A stretch of 64,000 nucleotides of DNA from the NCBI GenBank assembly GCA_002405475.1, contig DHLX01000023.1:41221-105220 (forward strand), read 5' to 3'. Shown here in pieces: positions 28,594 through 38,559 of this stretch. The stretch is from Burkholderiales bacterium UBA4657. Lineage in GTDB: Bacteria; Pseudomonadota; Gammaproteobacteria; Burkholderiales; Burkholderiaceae_E. The stretch's first letter is position 1. Every line of letters starts with the position of its first letter. Made by a program: the position numbers and the translations under genes. Under the pieces are notes generated by a model. It had not been told where the DNA came from. It ran no database searches and worked only from the letters and a program-made list of their open reading frames with translations.

Positions 28594-29254
28594 CTAAAAC
28601 CGTCTTACCAGCACCATTGTTTCGCCTTCGCGTTGCATCTGTACCCGATTCAGAAATGAATTGCCCAGCAATATGGTGTTGAGTGGCGCTTCAATGACCG
28701 AGGCTGATACGTTGTACAGGGTAATGCCCTGAATCCGTACTGAATCGAGTGAGAGATTCCATGTTTGAACGCGGCCATTGGCGGTATTGGCTGCGCCGGG
28801 TGTACCTCGGGCGCGGTAATCAATACCCAGGCGGTTGGCCTCATTGGCAGGCAGAACCGTGACTGAGGCTCCGGTATCCACCATCATGGTGACGGCCTTG
28901 CCGTTAATTGAACCCTGCGCGACAAAATGACCGCGGCCGTCTGATTGCAGCACGGCTCTGCCCCCGGTGCTAGCTCCGTCTTCAGCGGCTGCTGCGCCGC
29001 CCACAGCGCCTTCACCCAGGCGCAGCGTGGTTTTACGTCCGCCGATTTCGACTACAGCGCTATCGCCAGCCAGACTCAAAACCTTGATACCCTGTACGCT
29101 GTTACCGACCGGAACAGAGGTGGGTGCCCCCCCCATTAATGGACAACAGAGCCCGTCCGGGCAAGACGCCTTGTAACTGTACCTGAGTCTGCGCGTAGAC
29201 CGACCAGACCCATAAGAGTCCTGCACTGCAGAGAAAAAAATTTCGTACAATCAT
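28594..29254 (-). pseudogene. retropepsin-like (clan AA, TIGR02281-type) aspartic protease, split by a +1 frameshift in a G8 tract
   Basis: From the ATG at 29254 the frame reads MIVRNFFLCSAGLLWVWSVYAQTQVQLQGVLPGRALLSINGG and stops 9 codons after the C8 run (29127-29134, plus strand). The protease body (..APTSVPVGNSVQGIKVLS...MVDTGASVTVLP...) is in the next frame. Removing one G joins them. Confidence 0.65.
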
Positions 29255-29258
29255 TTGC

Positions 29259-29984
29259 ATGTCCTTAACCAAGCCTATTGCCGTTTTTCAATTCAGTGCG
29301 CGTGTCGCACCCGGCTATTTTGCCTTGTATTGCCAGAAAATGGCACAAGATTTTGTAGTGATTCGCATTGACCAGGGCGCGATGCTGCCAGAAAGTCCTG
29401 AAGTCTTTTCCGGCGTCTGCCTGCTGGGCGGTGAAATGAGTGTCAACGACCCCTTACCCTGGATTGAGCCTTTATGCACCTGGCTACGCTGGGCCGATGC
29501 TCTGGGGCGCCCGATTATTGGCCATTGTCTGGGTGGGCAACTGATTTCCAAAGCGTTTGGGGCAGAGGTCCGACGCCATCGAGTCAAGGAAATTGGCTGG
29601 GGCACCATACAGGTGCAACAGCACCCGGTAGCGCAAGAGTGGCTTGGTGCGCGTCAGTCATTTGAAACCTTTCAGTGGCATGGTGACACTTTTGACTTGC
29701 CGCCCGGCGCCGTTCCCCTGATGCAAAGTACTTATTGCCAGCATCAAGGCTATGTACTGCATGAGCGACATTTGGCCATGCAATGTCATGTCGAAATGAC
29801 CTCAGAATTGGTACGCGACTGGTGTGTCGCCGGGCAGGAAGAAATTTCCCAGGAGAAGGCCGCTACCGGCGGACCGGCGACCCAGTGGCCGGAACAGATG
29901 CTGGACGGCCTTGATGAAAAAACTCAGGCGCTACATACGATAGCTGAGCAACTCTATGCACGCTGGATGAAGCAACTGGTCTAG
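29259..29984 (+). CDS. class I glutamine amidotransferase-like protein
   Basis: IAVFQF..., GHCLGGQL (nucleophile Cys elbow) and MQCHVE (His-Glu) motifs. Confidence 0.8.
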   Translation: MSLTKPIAVFQFSARVAPGYFALYCQKMAQDFVVIRIDQGAMLPESPEVFSGVCLLGGEMSVNDPLPWIEPLCTWLRWADALGRPIIGHCLGGQLISKAFGAEVRRHRVKEIGWGTIQVQQHPVAQEWLGARQSFETFQWHGDTFDLPPGAVPLMQSTYCQHQGYVLHERHLAMQCHVEMTSELVRDWCVAGQEEISQEKAATGGPATQWPEQMLDGLDEKTQALHTIAEQLYARWMKQLV

Positions 29985-30466
29985 TCGCGAAAATTTTCAA
30001 AGCTCAAAGGCTGTTCGTTAATCTCTTTTTTGAGCAGCGCAATCGCGCTTTGCAAGTCATCGCGCTTGGCGCCCGAGACCCGCACGCTTTCACCCTGTAT
30101 GCTGCCTTGAACTTTCAGCTTACTGTCCTTCAGGGCCTTGACAATTTTTTTTGCCAGTTCGGTTGCTATGCCTTGCTTGATGGTAATCACCTGTTTAACC
30201 TTATCACCGGAAATTTTTTCGGCCTTGCCATAATCCAGGAAACGTACATCGACATTGCGCTTGGCAAATTTGTTCAACATCACATCTTTTAATTGCTCGA
30301 GCTGAAAATCACTGTCAGCATAGGCGGTCAGCTCCTGGTCTTTATGTTCCAGTCGTGCGTCCGAGCCCTTGAAATCGAAGCGATTTCCAATTTCCTTGTT
30401 GGTTTGTTCTATGGCATTACGCAATTCCACTGCATTGGCTTCGGACATAATATCGAATGATGGCAT
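29981..30466 (-). CDS. yajQ: YajQ-family nucleotide (c-di-GMP)-binding protein
   Basis: 161 aa. MPSFDIMSE...NRFDFKGS...[22 protein letters not shown] is typical UPF0234/YajQ. Confidence 0.9.
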   Translation of the reverse strand: MPSFDIMSEANAVELRNAIEQTNKEIGNRFDFKGSDARLEHKDQELTAYADSDFQLEQLKDVMLNKFAKRNVDVRFLDYGKAEKISGDKVKQVITIKQGIATELAKKIVKALKDSKLKVQGSIQGESVRVSGAKRDDLQSAIALLKKEINEQPLSFENFRD

Positions 30467-30549
30467 GATGCTCCCCTGGCGGTTTTTTAACTATTTCAAC
30501 GCTATTTTATCCGCAAGGTAAACTCTCGGGGCTAGCACTGAAACAGAAT

Positions 30550-31563
30550 ATGAAAATTTTTCATCAATACCCCCTCGGCAGTCTCAATACTCTGGGTTTG
30601 ATCTCTGTCGCTGAACATTTCGCTCGGGTTGAATCAGCGGATGAATTGACGCAACTACTGCAACAGATTCGCGGCCAGTCGCTGCACGTATTGGGCGGTG
30701 GCAGCAATATAGTATTTTTACCCGAAGTCAGCGGTTGGGTTTTGCAGCCAGTTCTGCTAGGTCGAGGCCGATATGCGGAAGACCAGGAGTTTGTCTGGAT
30801 TGATGCGGGAGCTGGAGAAAACTGGCACGAGTTCGTGCGCTGGACTTTGCAACAAGGCTGGCCTGGGCTGGAAAATCTGAGTCTTATTCCCGGAACGGTG
30901 GGCGCGGCACCGATTCAAAATATCGGCGCTTATGGTGTTGAGCTAGAAAGTTTTGTCGATCTGGTTGAGATCGTGAATATTGCAACTGGATCCGTGCGCC
31001 AGTTACGGCGTGAGGAGTGTGCTTTTGCTTACCGTGACTCGATATTCAAACATACGCAGCGCGATAGCGTTATTACCAAAGTCAGGTTCAAATTGCCCAA
31101 ACGCTGGAAGCCCTGCCTGACTTACCAGGAATTGGTACGTGAACTTGAACAACAAGATGACCCGTGTCACATGACGCCATTACAAATCAGCGATGCCGTC
31201 ATCGCGATTCGACGCCGCAAATTACCTGATTGGCGAACCCTTGGTAATGCCGGCAGTTTTTTCAAAAACCCGATTGTTCCTGCCGGGTTGTACCAGACCC
31301 TGCTGCAGCGCTACGCCAAACTTCCGGCCTACCCCCAGGTCGATGGTCAAGTCAAACTGGCCGCCGGCTGGCTGATTGAGCAGGCAGGGTGGAAGGGGCG
31401 CAGGCTGGGCAATGTGGGTGTCTATGAAAAACAGGCGCTGGTACTGGTCAACCATGGTGGTGCCAACGGCAGCGAGCTGCTAGCACTGGCCGAAGCCGTC
31501 GCCGCCTCTGTCATGCAGCAGTTTGGTGTGGTACTGGAACGCGAGCCGGTGGTAATCCCCTAA
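30550..31563 (+). CDS. murB: UDP-N-acetylenolpyruvoylglucosamine reductase
   Basis: LGGGSNIV, PGTVGAAPIQNIGAYGVE, GNAGSFFKNP and LAAGWLIEQAGWKG motifs. Confidence 0.9.
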   Translation: MKIFHQYPLGSLNTLGLISVAEHFARVESADELTQLLQQIRGQSLHVLGGGSNIVFLPEVSGWVLQPVLLGRGRYAEDQEFVWIDAGAGENWHEFVRWTLQQGWPGLENLSLIPGTVGAAPIQNIGAYGVELESFVDLVEIVNIATGSVRQLRREECAFAYRDSIFKHTQRDSVITKVRFKLPKRWKPCLTYQELVRELEQQDDPCHMTPLQISDAVIAIRRRKLPDWRTLGNAGSFFKNPIVPAGLYQTLLQRYAKLPAYPQVDGQVKLAAGWLIEQAGWKGRRLGNVGVYEKQALVLVNHGGANGSELLALAEAVAASVMQQFGVVLEREPVVIP

Positions 31564-31668
31564 ATTTGGCGAACCAAGTTAAAACTTCACTGACCATCAG
31601 GCTGACCGCTTTGTCACATTCTTATATAATGTTACAACTGGCGATCCGCTACTTCGGAAATTTTCAGC

Positions 31669-32496
31669 ATGAATAAATTAAGTTTAATGACTTTGCCATG
31701 GGCGTGCCTTGTTGGGTCGGCGTCTGCCCAAAGCGTTGGTAGTGATTCTGCCCGAACCGCGGCAACCGGCTCGGCCGGGGGAGCCAACTCCGAGAATGCC
31801 AATGCTCAATTAGAACGCTGTGACCGTTCACTCGGTACTCTGGCTGTAGTCGAGGATACGAGTGCTGCCTGGTATGCACAAATGCAGTCGTATCAGTTAC
31901 GTTCCACTACCCCAGTACTACGCATGCTGGTACAACAGTCGAACTGTTTTGTGGTGGTGGAGCGTGGCCAGGCCATGCGTAACATGATGCAGGAGCGGGA
32001 ACTGCAGCGTAGCGGCGAATTGCGTGGCAATAGCAACATGGGTCAGGGCCAGATGGTGGCAGCTGACTATACTTTGAACCCAACGATTACCTTCAGCCAG
32101 AAAGGCACGGGTGGTGTAGGAGGGTTTCTGGGAGCCATCGGTGGAAGTGTATTGGGCGTCATTGGCGGCGGGGTGAAATTCAACGATGCCTCGACCATGC
32201 TGGTGCTGGTCGACAACCGCTCCGGGGTGCAACTGGCGGCAGCGGAAGGTGCGTCGCGTAATGTTGACTTTAACCTGTTTGGTGGCTTGTTTGGTGGTGG
32301 TGCGGCTGGCGGTTTGGGCGGGTTTACCAATACCCCTGAGGGTAAAATTATCGTCGCTGCTTTCATAGACTCCTACAACCAACTGGCCCGATCAGTGAAA
32401 AATTATCGTGCCCAGAGCGTTGAAGGTGGCCTGGGAACGGGCGGTGGGCTGGGTGTCCAGGGCGGTACGACACCAGCTTCAAGAAATCTGAAGTAA
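31669..32496 (+). CDS. secreted CsgG/HfaB-like protein, paralog 1
   Basis: Signal peptide. LGTLAVVED...PVLRMLVQQSNCFVVVERGQAMRNMMQERELQ resembles the CsgG-fold core. Gly-rich loops. Nearly identical to the next gene. Confidence 0.5.
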   Translation: MNKLSLMTLPWACLVGSASAQSVGSDSARTAATGSAGGANSENANAQLERCDRSLGTLAVVEDTSAAWYAQMQSYQLRSTTPVLRMLVQQSNCFVVVERGQAMRNMMQERELQRSGELRGNSNMGQGQMVAADYTLNPTITFSQKGTGGVGGFLGAIGGSVLGVIGGGVKFNDASTMLVLVDNRSGVQLAAAEGASRNVDFNLFGGLFGGGAAGGLGGFTNTPEGKIIVAAFIDSYNQLARSVKNYRAQSVEGGLGTGGGLGVQGGTTPASRNLK

Positions 32497-32506
32497 TTAT
32501 TCGAGG

Positions 32507-33481
32507 ATGATGTCGATGAAATACGTTTCCCTTTCCTTGTTATCTGTGGCATTACTGGCAGGATGTAATGCAACTGCGCCTACCATAGGCAATGACTCGG
32601 CCCGTACGGCAGCAACCGGCTCGGCGGGTGGTGCCAACGCAGAAAATGCCAACAAACAGCTGGAACGTTGCGATAGAACGCTGGGCACATTGGCGGTGGT
32701 CGAAGATACCAATGCGGCCTGGTATGCACAAATGCAGTCCTATCAATTGCGCTCTACCACGCCAGTACTGCGTATGCTGGTACAGCAGTCGAACTGCTTT
32801 GTGGTGGTTGAGCGTGGCCAGGCCATGCGTAACATGATGCAAGAACGTGATTTGAACCGGTCTGGAGAACTTCGTGGTGGCAGCAACATGGGTCAAGGCC
32901 AGATGGTAGCGGCTGATTTCACCATGAACCCGACCATTACCTTCAGTCAGAAAGGTACCGGCGGTCTGGGAGGTTTTCTGGGCGGCTTTGGTGGCGGTAT
33001 TGGTGCCGCGATTGCTGGCAGCATAAAATTTAACGATGCCTCCACCATGCTGGTGCTGGTGGATAATCGTTCTGGTGTTCAGTTGGCGGCAGCAGAGGGT
33101 TCCTCGCGCAATACTGACTTTAACCTGTTTGGCGGACTGTTTGGTGGCGGTGCGGCCGGTGGCGCGGGTGGTTTTACCAATACCCCGGAAGGAAAAATTG
33201 TTGTCGCCGCCTTCATTGATTCATACAACCAGTTAGTTAAGGCAGTAAAAAATTACCGTGCCCAATCGGTAGAAGGGGGTTTAGGGACTGGTGGCCATTT
33301 GGGAGTTCAGGGAGGTTCGACACCCGCCTCGCAGAAATTAGACAAAGAACCACAGAAACAGCAGCCCAAGCCGGCGCAACCTGCTTCCCAGGCTCCAGCA
33401 GCACAGACGCCCAAAACGCAATCATCTGCTCAGCCCCAACCCAAGGCGCAAACGCCAACACAGCCGCAGAAAAAGAACTGA
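32507..33481 (+). CDS. CsgG/HfaB-like lipoprotein, paralog 2, with P/Q/A-rich C-terminal tail
   Basis: Lipobox LLAGC. Same core as paralog 1. Extra tail KEPQKQQPKPAQPASQAPAAQTPKTQSSAQPQPKAQTPTQPQKKN. Confidence 0.5.
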   Translation: MMSMKYVSLSLLSVALLAGCNATAPTIGNDSARTAATGSAGGANAENANKQLERCDRTLGTLAVVEDTNAAWYAQMQSYQLRSTTPVLRMLVQQSNCFVVVERGQAMRNMMQERDLNRSGELRGGSNMGQGQMVAADFTMNPTITFSQKGTGGLGGFLGGFGGGIGAAIAGSIKFNDASTMLVLVDNRSGVQLAAAEGSSRNTDFNLFGGLFGGGAAGGAGGFTNTPEGKIVVAAFIDSYNQLVKAVKNYRAQSVEGGLGTGGHLGVQGGSTPASQKLDKEPQKQQPKPAQPASQAPAAQTPKTQSSAQPQPKAQTPTQPQKKN

Positions 33482-33482
33482 A

Positions 33483-33512
33483 CCATGGGCCCGACATGCA
33501 GTCGGGCCATGG
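33483..33512. terminator. stem-loop between convergent genes (possible bidirectional terminator)
   Basis: CCATGGGCCCGAC-ATGCA-GTCGGGCCATGG with one bulged G. No clear U-tract. Confidence 0.4.
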
Positions 33513-33513
33513 C

Positions 33514-33831
33514 TTATTGGCCAAAATGGCAGACGTAGTGCAGTGTCTCCAGGGTTTCAATTTCAAACGATGAATTTCCAGGTACCGAGAACGAATCGCC
33601 CGCCCGGTAGCGGGCTGTTTCGTTTTGACCAGCCTGTTTCACCTGACATGTCCCGGCAATAACTTCCATGACCTCTGGCGCCCCGGTGGTGAATAACAAG
33701 GTCGAGGGAAGAATGACACCCACGGACTTGCGCGACCCATCGGCCAGCAACACCGTATGACTGACGCACTTGCCATCGAAATAAACATTGGCCTTTTTAA
33801 TGACACTGACCTGGTCAAATTGATCACTCAT
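33514..33831 (-). CDS. ppnP: pyrimidine/purine nucleoside phosphorylase PpnP (DUF1255)
   Basis: 105 aa. [14 protein letters not shown]...G.......T.APE.M.V..G is typical of YaiE/PpnP. Confidence 0.8.
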   Translation of the reverse strand: MSDQFDQVSVIKKANVYFDGKCVSHTVLLADGSRKSVGVILPSTLLFTTGAPEVMEVIAGTCQVKQAGQNETARYRAGDSFSVPGNSSFEIETLETLHYVCHFGQ

Positions 33832-33842
33832 ACAAGACCTCG

Positions 33843-35072
33843 TTATAGACCGCGTTTGATACGCGCATTCTCGGCAATCCGCATACGCAAAGCATTAAGC
33901 TTGATGAAACCACCGGCATCGGCCTGGTTATAGGCGCCGCCGTCATCGTCAAACGTGGCAATTTGCGAATCAAACAAGGTATTCTTGGAGTCACGCGAGA
34001 CCACACTCACCGAACCTTTGTAGAGTTTCAGACGCACCCAGCCATTGACATTTTGTTGGGTATGGTCGATTAATACCTGAATGGCATGACGCTCTGGGCT
34101 CCACCAGTAGCCGTTATAAATCAGGCTGGCATAGCGTGCCATCAGATCGTCCTTCAAGTGCGCCACTTCACGATCGAGCGTAATGGATTCGATGCCACGA
34201 TGCCCTTTCAGCAGGATGGTGCCGCCGGGTGTTTCATAGCAGCCGCGTGACTTCATACCGACATAACGGTTTTCCACCAGATCGAGTCGGCCTATGCCAT
34301 GTTTACCACCAAGTCGGTTGAGTTCGGCCAGCATATTGGCTGGGCTCAAGCGCTTGCCATTCAATGCGACCGGATCGCCTTTTTCATACTCTAGGTCAAT
34401 AAATTCAGCAGCATCGGGCGCCTGCTCCGGTGATACTGTCCAGCGCCACATCGCTTCTTCAGCCTCTGCCTTCGGGTCTTCCAGGTGCCGACCTTCATAG
34501 CTGATATGCAAGAGATTGGCATCCATAGAATAGGGCGCGCCCCCTTGTTTATGCTTCATTTCTACAGGGATTCCATGCTTTTCAGCATAGGCCAGTAATT
34601 TCTCGCGCGATAATAAATCCCATTCGCGCCAGGGTGCGATGACTTTCACGTTCGGCATCAGAGCGTAATAACCCAGTTCAAAGCGTACCTGATCATTTCC
34701 TTTGCCTGTAGCGCCATGACTGACGGAATCAGCTCCGACTTGTCGGGCAATTTCGATTTGACGTTTGGCAATCAGCGGCCGTGCAATCGAAGTGCCGAGC
34801 AGATACTCGCCTTCATAAATAGTGTTGCAGCGGAACATGGGAAAGACAAAGTCGCGCACAAACTCTTCGCGTAAATCATCAATAAAAATATGTTCCGGTT
34901 TGATACCAAATTTCAGAGCCTTGCTACGTGCCGGCTCCAGCTCTTCACCCTGACCGAGGTCGGCGGTAAAAGTCACAACTTCACATTGATAATTGTCTTG
35001 CAGCCATTTCAAAATGACCGAGGTATCTAGACCGCCAGAGTAGGCCAGTACGACTTTGTTGATATTGCTCAT
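33843..35072 (-). CDS. argG: argininosuccinate synthase
   Basis: [28 protein letters not shown] and the C-terminal region are typical ArgG. Confidence 0.95.
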   Translation of the reverse strand: MSNINKVVLAYSGGLDTSVILKWLQDNYQCEVVTFTADLGQGEELEPARSKALKFGIKPEHIFIDDLREEFVRDFVFPMFRCNTIYEGEYLLGTSIARPLIAKRQIEIARQVGADSVSHGATGKGNDQVRFELGYYALMPNVKVIAPWREWDLLSREKLLAYAEKHGIPVEMKHKQGGAPYSMDANLLHISYEGRHLEDPKAEAEEAMWRWTVSPEQAPDAAEFIDLEYEKGDPVALNGKRLSPANMLAELNRLGGKHGIGRLDLVENRYVGMKSRGCYETPGGTILLKGHRGIESITLDREVAHLKDDLMARYASLIYNGYWWSPERHAIQVLIDHTQQNVNGWVRLKLYKGSVSVVSRDSKNTLFDSQIATFDDDGGAYNQADAGGFIKLNALRMRIAENARIKRGL

Positions 35073-35128
35073 AACTTACTTTCAAGAATGACTGGAATTT
35101 TTTCTGGATTATAACGAGTTGCTCTTTA

Positions 35129-35773
35129 TCAATTCAGCGCCCGACTCAATAGCGGAGCGATAGCAATATTTCTGGTGGGTTCAGAGAGCGCGGAACGATT
35201 GGGCATGATATCTAGCGCCCGCAGCTGGATTTGAGCGGCAGCACCCTTTTTCTTGAGTACCGCAGGCATCTGTGACAGGGCTGCCAATAACCTGGGAGTC
35301 AGTTCGGTCGCGGCAGCTTGTAACTGGGTCGGAGTTCGCGTCAGTGTCATGGTAGGAGGTACTCCTTGGTTGCGCCACTGTTTGTGCAACTCGGTTTGTA
35401 CGAAGCGGTCTGCCTCAATCAAACCCCGAAAAAAAGCTCGTACCAGCTCGAGATCAGCCTGATAGCGCACAGCAGCCTGTTCCAGCGCCTTGAGTTGTTG
35501 CTCATCACGCAATTTATTTTCAGGCGAGACTTTGTTGTTCCAATTGACTCGCGCCACATCGGGGGCGAGCAACAGTAACTCTCGGGTCAGAGTCAGCAGC
35601 GTGTTGATTTTTGCAATATCTGCCTCTTCGATCGATTCAATAACGACTGCAGTGGCTACAGGTTTGCTGGTTTCAACAGGCTTGTCTGGCGGCAGCGTGG
35701 TACAGGCACCGAGTATCAGTACTGCAGCAAGGACTAAGTAGCGGTTGGTGTGATGACTAAACTCGACCCACAT
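35129..35773 (-). CDS. lipoprotein with chorismate-mutase-like (AroQ gamma / periplasmic type) domain
   Basis: Lipobox ILGAC. LLLAPDVARVNWNNKVSPENKLRDEQ...LVRAFFRGLIEADRFVQ resembles secreted chorismate mutases. Overlaps the argF 3' end by 17 nt. Confidence 0.4.
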   Translation of the reverse strand: MWVEFSHHTNRYLVLAAVLILGACTTLPPDKPVETSKPVATAVVIESIEEADIAKINTLLTLTRELLLLAPDVARVNWNNKVSPENKLRDEQQLKALEQAAVRYQADLELVRAFFRGLIEADRFVQTELHKQWRNQGVPPTMTLTRTPTQLQAAATELTPRLLAALSQMPAVLKKKGAAAQIQLRALDIMPNRSALSEPTRNIAIAPLLSRALN

Positions 35774-36677
35774 GCAGATATTCCATCAAGGCTTTTTGTA
35801 CATGCAGGCGGTTTTCGGCCTCGTCCCACACGACAGACTGGGGGCCATCAATGACAGCCGCGGCAACTTCCTCGCCACGGTGTGCCGGCAAGCAGTGCAT
35901 GAAGATGGCCTTGGGCTTGGCCACCCGCATCATGTCGGCATCCACTTGCCAGTCTGCAAACGCCTTGAGCCGTGCTTCATTTTCAGCCTCAAAGCCCATC
36001 GAGGTCCAGACGTCAGTCGTGACCAAATCTGAATTACGTGCTGCATCCATAGGGTCACTGAATTGCTCAAAATGACTGGTGCCAACCACACCAGCGCGTT
36101 CTGGTTCGACTTCATAACCAGCGGGGGTAGAGACGTTCACCTTGAAGTCAAGCAATTCTGCAGCTTGCAGCCAGGTATTACACATATTGTTCGAGTCACC
36201 AATCCAGGCGATGGTCTTACCCTGGATCGAGCCGCGATGTTCGACATAGGTAAAAATATCAGCCAGTATCTGGCATGGATGATATTCATTAGTCAGGCCG
36301 TTAATGACCGGAACGCGTGAGTATTGTGCGAAGCGCTCGATAATGCTCTGCTCATAAGTACGAATCATAACCAGGTCGCACATACGGCTAATGACTTGTG
36401 CCGCATCTTCGACCGGCTCACCGCGACCTAGTTGGGAGTCACGCGTATTGAGGTATATGGCGCTGCCACCCAGTTGGTGCATACCGGCTTCAAACGATAA
36501 ACGGGTGCGGGTGCTGGCTTTTTCAAAAATCATCACCAGGGTACGGTCAGCCAGCGGATAGTAAGTTTCAAAACGCTTGAACTTATCCTTAATGATGCGC
36601 GCGCGTTCGAACAGGTATAGCGTCTCTTCCCGACTCAAATCCTTGAATTGCAAATAATGTTTGAGCGATTGACTCAT
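35757..36677 (-). CDS. argF: ornithine carbamoyltransferase
   Basis: FEKASTRTR, HPCQILAD and HCLPA motifs. The start MSQSLKHYL at 36677 overlaps the upstream stop (TAATG). Confidence 0.95.
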   Translation of the reverse strand: MSQSLKHYLQFKDLSREETLYLFERARIIKDKFKRFETYYPLADRTLVMIFEKASTRTRLSFEAGMHQLGGSAIYLNTRDSQLGRGEPVEDAAQVISRMCDLVMIRTYEQSIIERFAQYSRVPVINGLTNEYHPCQILADIFTYVEHRGSIQGKTIAWIGDSNNMCNTWLQAAELLDFKVNVSTPAGYEVEPERAGVVGTSHFEQFSDPMDAARNSDLVTTDVWTSMGFEAENEARLKAFADWQVDADMMRVAKPKAIFMHCLPAHRGEEVAAAVIDGPQSVVWDEAENRLHVQKALMEYLHVGRV

Positions 36678-37297
36678 TACAAACTCCATGGGGCAATGTG
36701 CTGCAAACCCGCGCTCACTGCCGTGGCACCCAGACCCAGAATCAGGCCAAAGTAAACCACGGTCAATAGGTTGGCAACATAACCCAGGGCAATGCTGCGA
36801 CCATCATTTTGCAGCAGACCCAGACATAAGAAAATAATCGCAATACCAGGCAACGTATTGGTAAAAGGTACAAAACCAAACGGTGCCATCAGCAACAGCG
36901 CCGCCACCAGTATCATAAAACCGTTGACCCGGATCATCCAGTGACCCGTCACTAGAGAATGCCAGCGTGGCTGGCTGAATTTTTCCAGTCGATGTAACCA
37001 GTCAGCACCTTTTGCCAGAGCCTGGCGCAGGCGCACTGATGAAAATTCACGTTTTAAATAGCGTTGAGGTAACCAGGGGTCGCGGTTCAGCATGATCGAC
37101 GCGCCGATCAAGGCAATCACGGCACCGAACACGGTACTGATGCCGGGTATTGAAACGGGAACCAGGAAAGGCAGTGTCAGGACCAAAGCCAGAAAGACAA
37201 AAGCTTCACGCCCCAGGCTGTCAACAATCGACTGTACCGAGACTCTATCTTCCGGCAGCTGTTGTATCAACTGATGCAATTTGTCGCGCAGGCTCAT
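36677..37297 (-). CDS. ExoD-family membrane protein
   Basis: SIVDSLGREAFVFLALVLTLPFLVPVSIPGISTVFG... and several TM helices are typical of ExoD. ATGA overlap with argD. Confidence 0.7.
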   Translation of the reverse strand: MSLRDKLHQLIQQLPEDRVSVQSIVDSLGREAFVFLALVLTLPFLVPVSIPGISTVFGAVIALIGASIMLNRDPWLPQRYLKREFSSVRLRQALAKGADWLHRLEKFSQPRWHSLVTGHWMIRVNGFMILVAALLLMAPFGFVPFTNTLPGIAIIFLCLGLLQNDGRSIALGYVANLLTVVYFGLILGLGATAVSAGLQHIAPWSL

Positions 37298-38475
37298 GCC
37301 GATTCCTGAAGAAATTGCCTGATCAGAGGGGCTAAACGCTGTACCAGCTCGGCGGCCTCTGTCTGATTCATGATTAAAGGAGGGAGTAGTCGAATTACGT
37401 TATCTCGTGTCACATTAATCAATAAGCCCGCTTCCAGGGCACGCTGAACCAGACTGCCACAGGGCCTGTTCAGTTCAATCCCCAGCATTAGGCCTTTACC
37501 ACGAATATCGACCACGCCGGGGCTACCTTCCAGGGCTTGCTTGAAAGCCTGCATCAAATATAAGCCGATGGCTTCGGCGTTTTGCAGTAGTGCATCTTCC
37601 TGCATGGTCTTCAGCGTAGTGATGCCTGCTGCACAGACTAAAGGACCGCCACCAAAGGTGGTGCCGTGCGAACCAGGACTAAACACTCCTGCGGCTCTGC
37701 CTTGTGCGGCAATGGCACCAATGGGAACACCCGAGCCCAGTCCCTTGGCCAGGGTAATCACATCAGGAGTAATACCCGAGTGTTGATAACCAAACCATTT
37801 TCCGGTTCTACCAATACCGCATTGCACTTCGTCGAGCATCAGTAGCCAGCCGCGTTCATCGCATAGATGGCGCAATTGTTGCAGATAATGGCTGTCGGCT
37901 ACATTAATGCCGCCCTCGCCCTGTAGCACCTCAAGCAATACCGAGTTGATTTCCGGGTGCGTGGCTGCAGCCTGCTGAATGGCTTCCAGGTCGTTGTAAG
38001 GAACACGGACAAAACATTCATCCTGCAGCGGGGCGAAACCTTTGCGGGCTTTTTCACTGCCGGTAGCGGCCAGGGTCGTGATGGTGCGGCCATGCCAGGC
38101 ACGATCCATCACTATTGTTTTAATAAAGGCTTTACCCTGCTGATAGCCATACAGACGCGCCAGTTTGATGGCGGCTTCGTTAGCTTCGGCACCCGAGTTG
38201 CAAAATAGAACTTCTTGCATACCCGAGTGCTCACAAATCATTTGCGCCAGTGTTTCCTGATGCCGAACCCCATAAATATTCGAAGTGTGGATCAGCTTGG
38301 CGGCCTGTTCGCTCAAGGTTTGAACCAGTTTTGGGTGTGCGTGACCCAAACCGGACACGGCGATACCCGCCAATCCGTCCAGATACTGTTTGCCTTGCTC
38401 GTCCCATAGCCAGACGCCCTGACCCCGTTCGAACACGACTGGCAGCCGGGCGTAGGTATTCATCAAATGCGTCAT
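37294..38475 (-). CDS. argD: acetylornithine aminotransferase (class III PLP aminotransferase)
   Basis: NSGAEANEAAIKLAR, LLMLDEVQCGIGRTGKWF and TLAKGLGSG (PLP Lys) motifs. Confidence 0.9.
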   Translation of the reverse strand: MTHLMNTYARLPVVFERGQGVWLWDEQGKQYLDGLAGIAVSGLGHAHPKLVQTLSEQAAKLIHTSNIYGVRHQETLAQMICEHSGMQEVLFCNSGAEANEAAIKLARLYGYQQGKAFIKTIVMDRAWHGRTITTLAATGSEKARKGFAPLQDECFVRVPYNDLEAIQQAAATHPEINSVLLEVLQGEGGINVADSHYLQQLRHLCDERGWLLMLDEVQCGIGRTGKWFGYQHSGITPDVITLAKGLGSGVPIGAIAAQGRAAGVFSPGSHGTTFGGGPLVCAAGITTLKTMQEDALLQNAEAIGLYLMQAFKQALEGSPGVVDIRGKGLMLGIELNRPCGSLVQRALEAGLLINVTRDNVIRLLPPLIMNQTEAAELVQRLAPLIRQFLQESA

Positions 38476-38559
38476 GTCTCAACTCCAAAACCAGACATGA
38501 TAAGCGAAAAACCGGTTTCGCCCCGCTTAACTCTTATATAAGATATCATTTATAAGATT

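Noticed and set aside
38521-38559. Repeated TATAAGAT motifs in the argD / DUF3579 divergent region as ARG boxes
   Set aside because: I could not align them convincingly to the ArgR box consensus. They may simply be AT-rich promoter elements.
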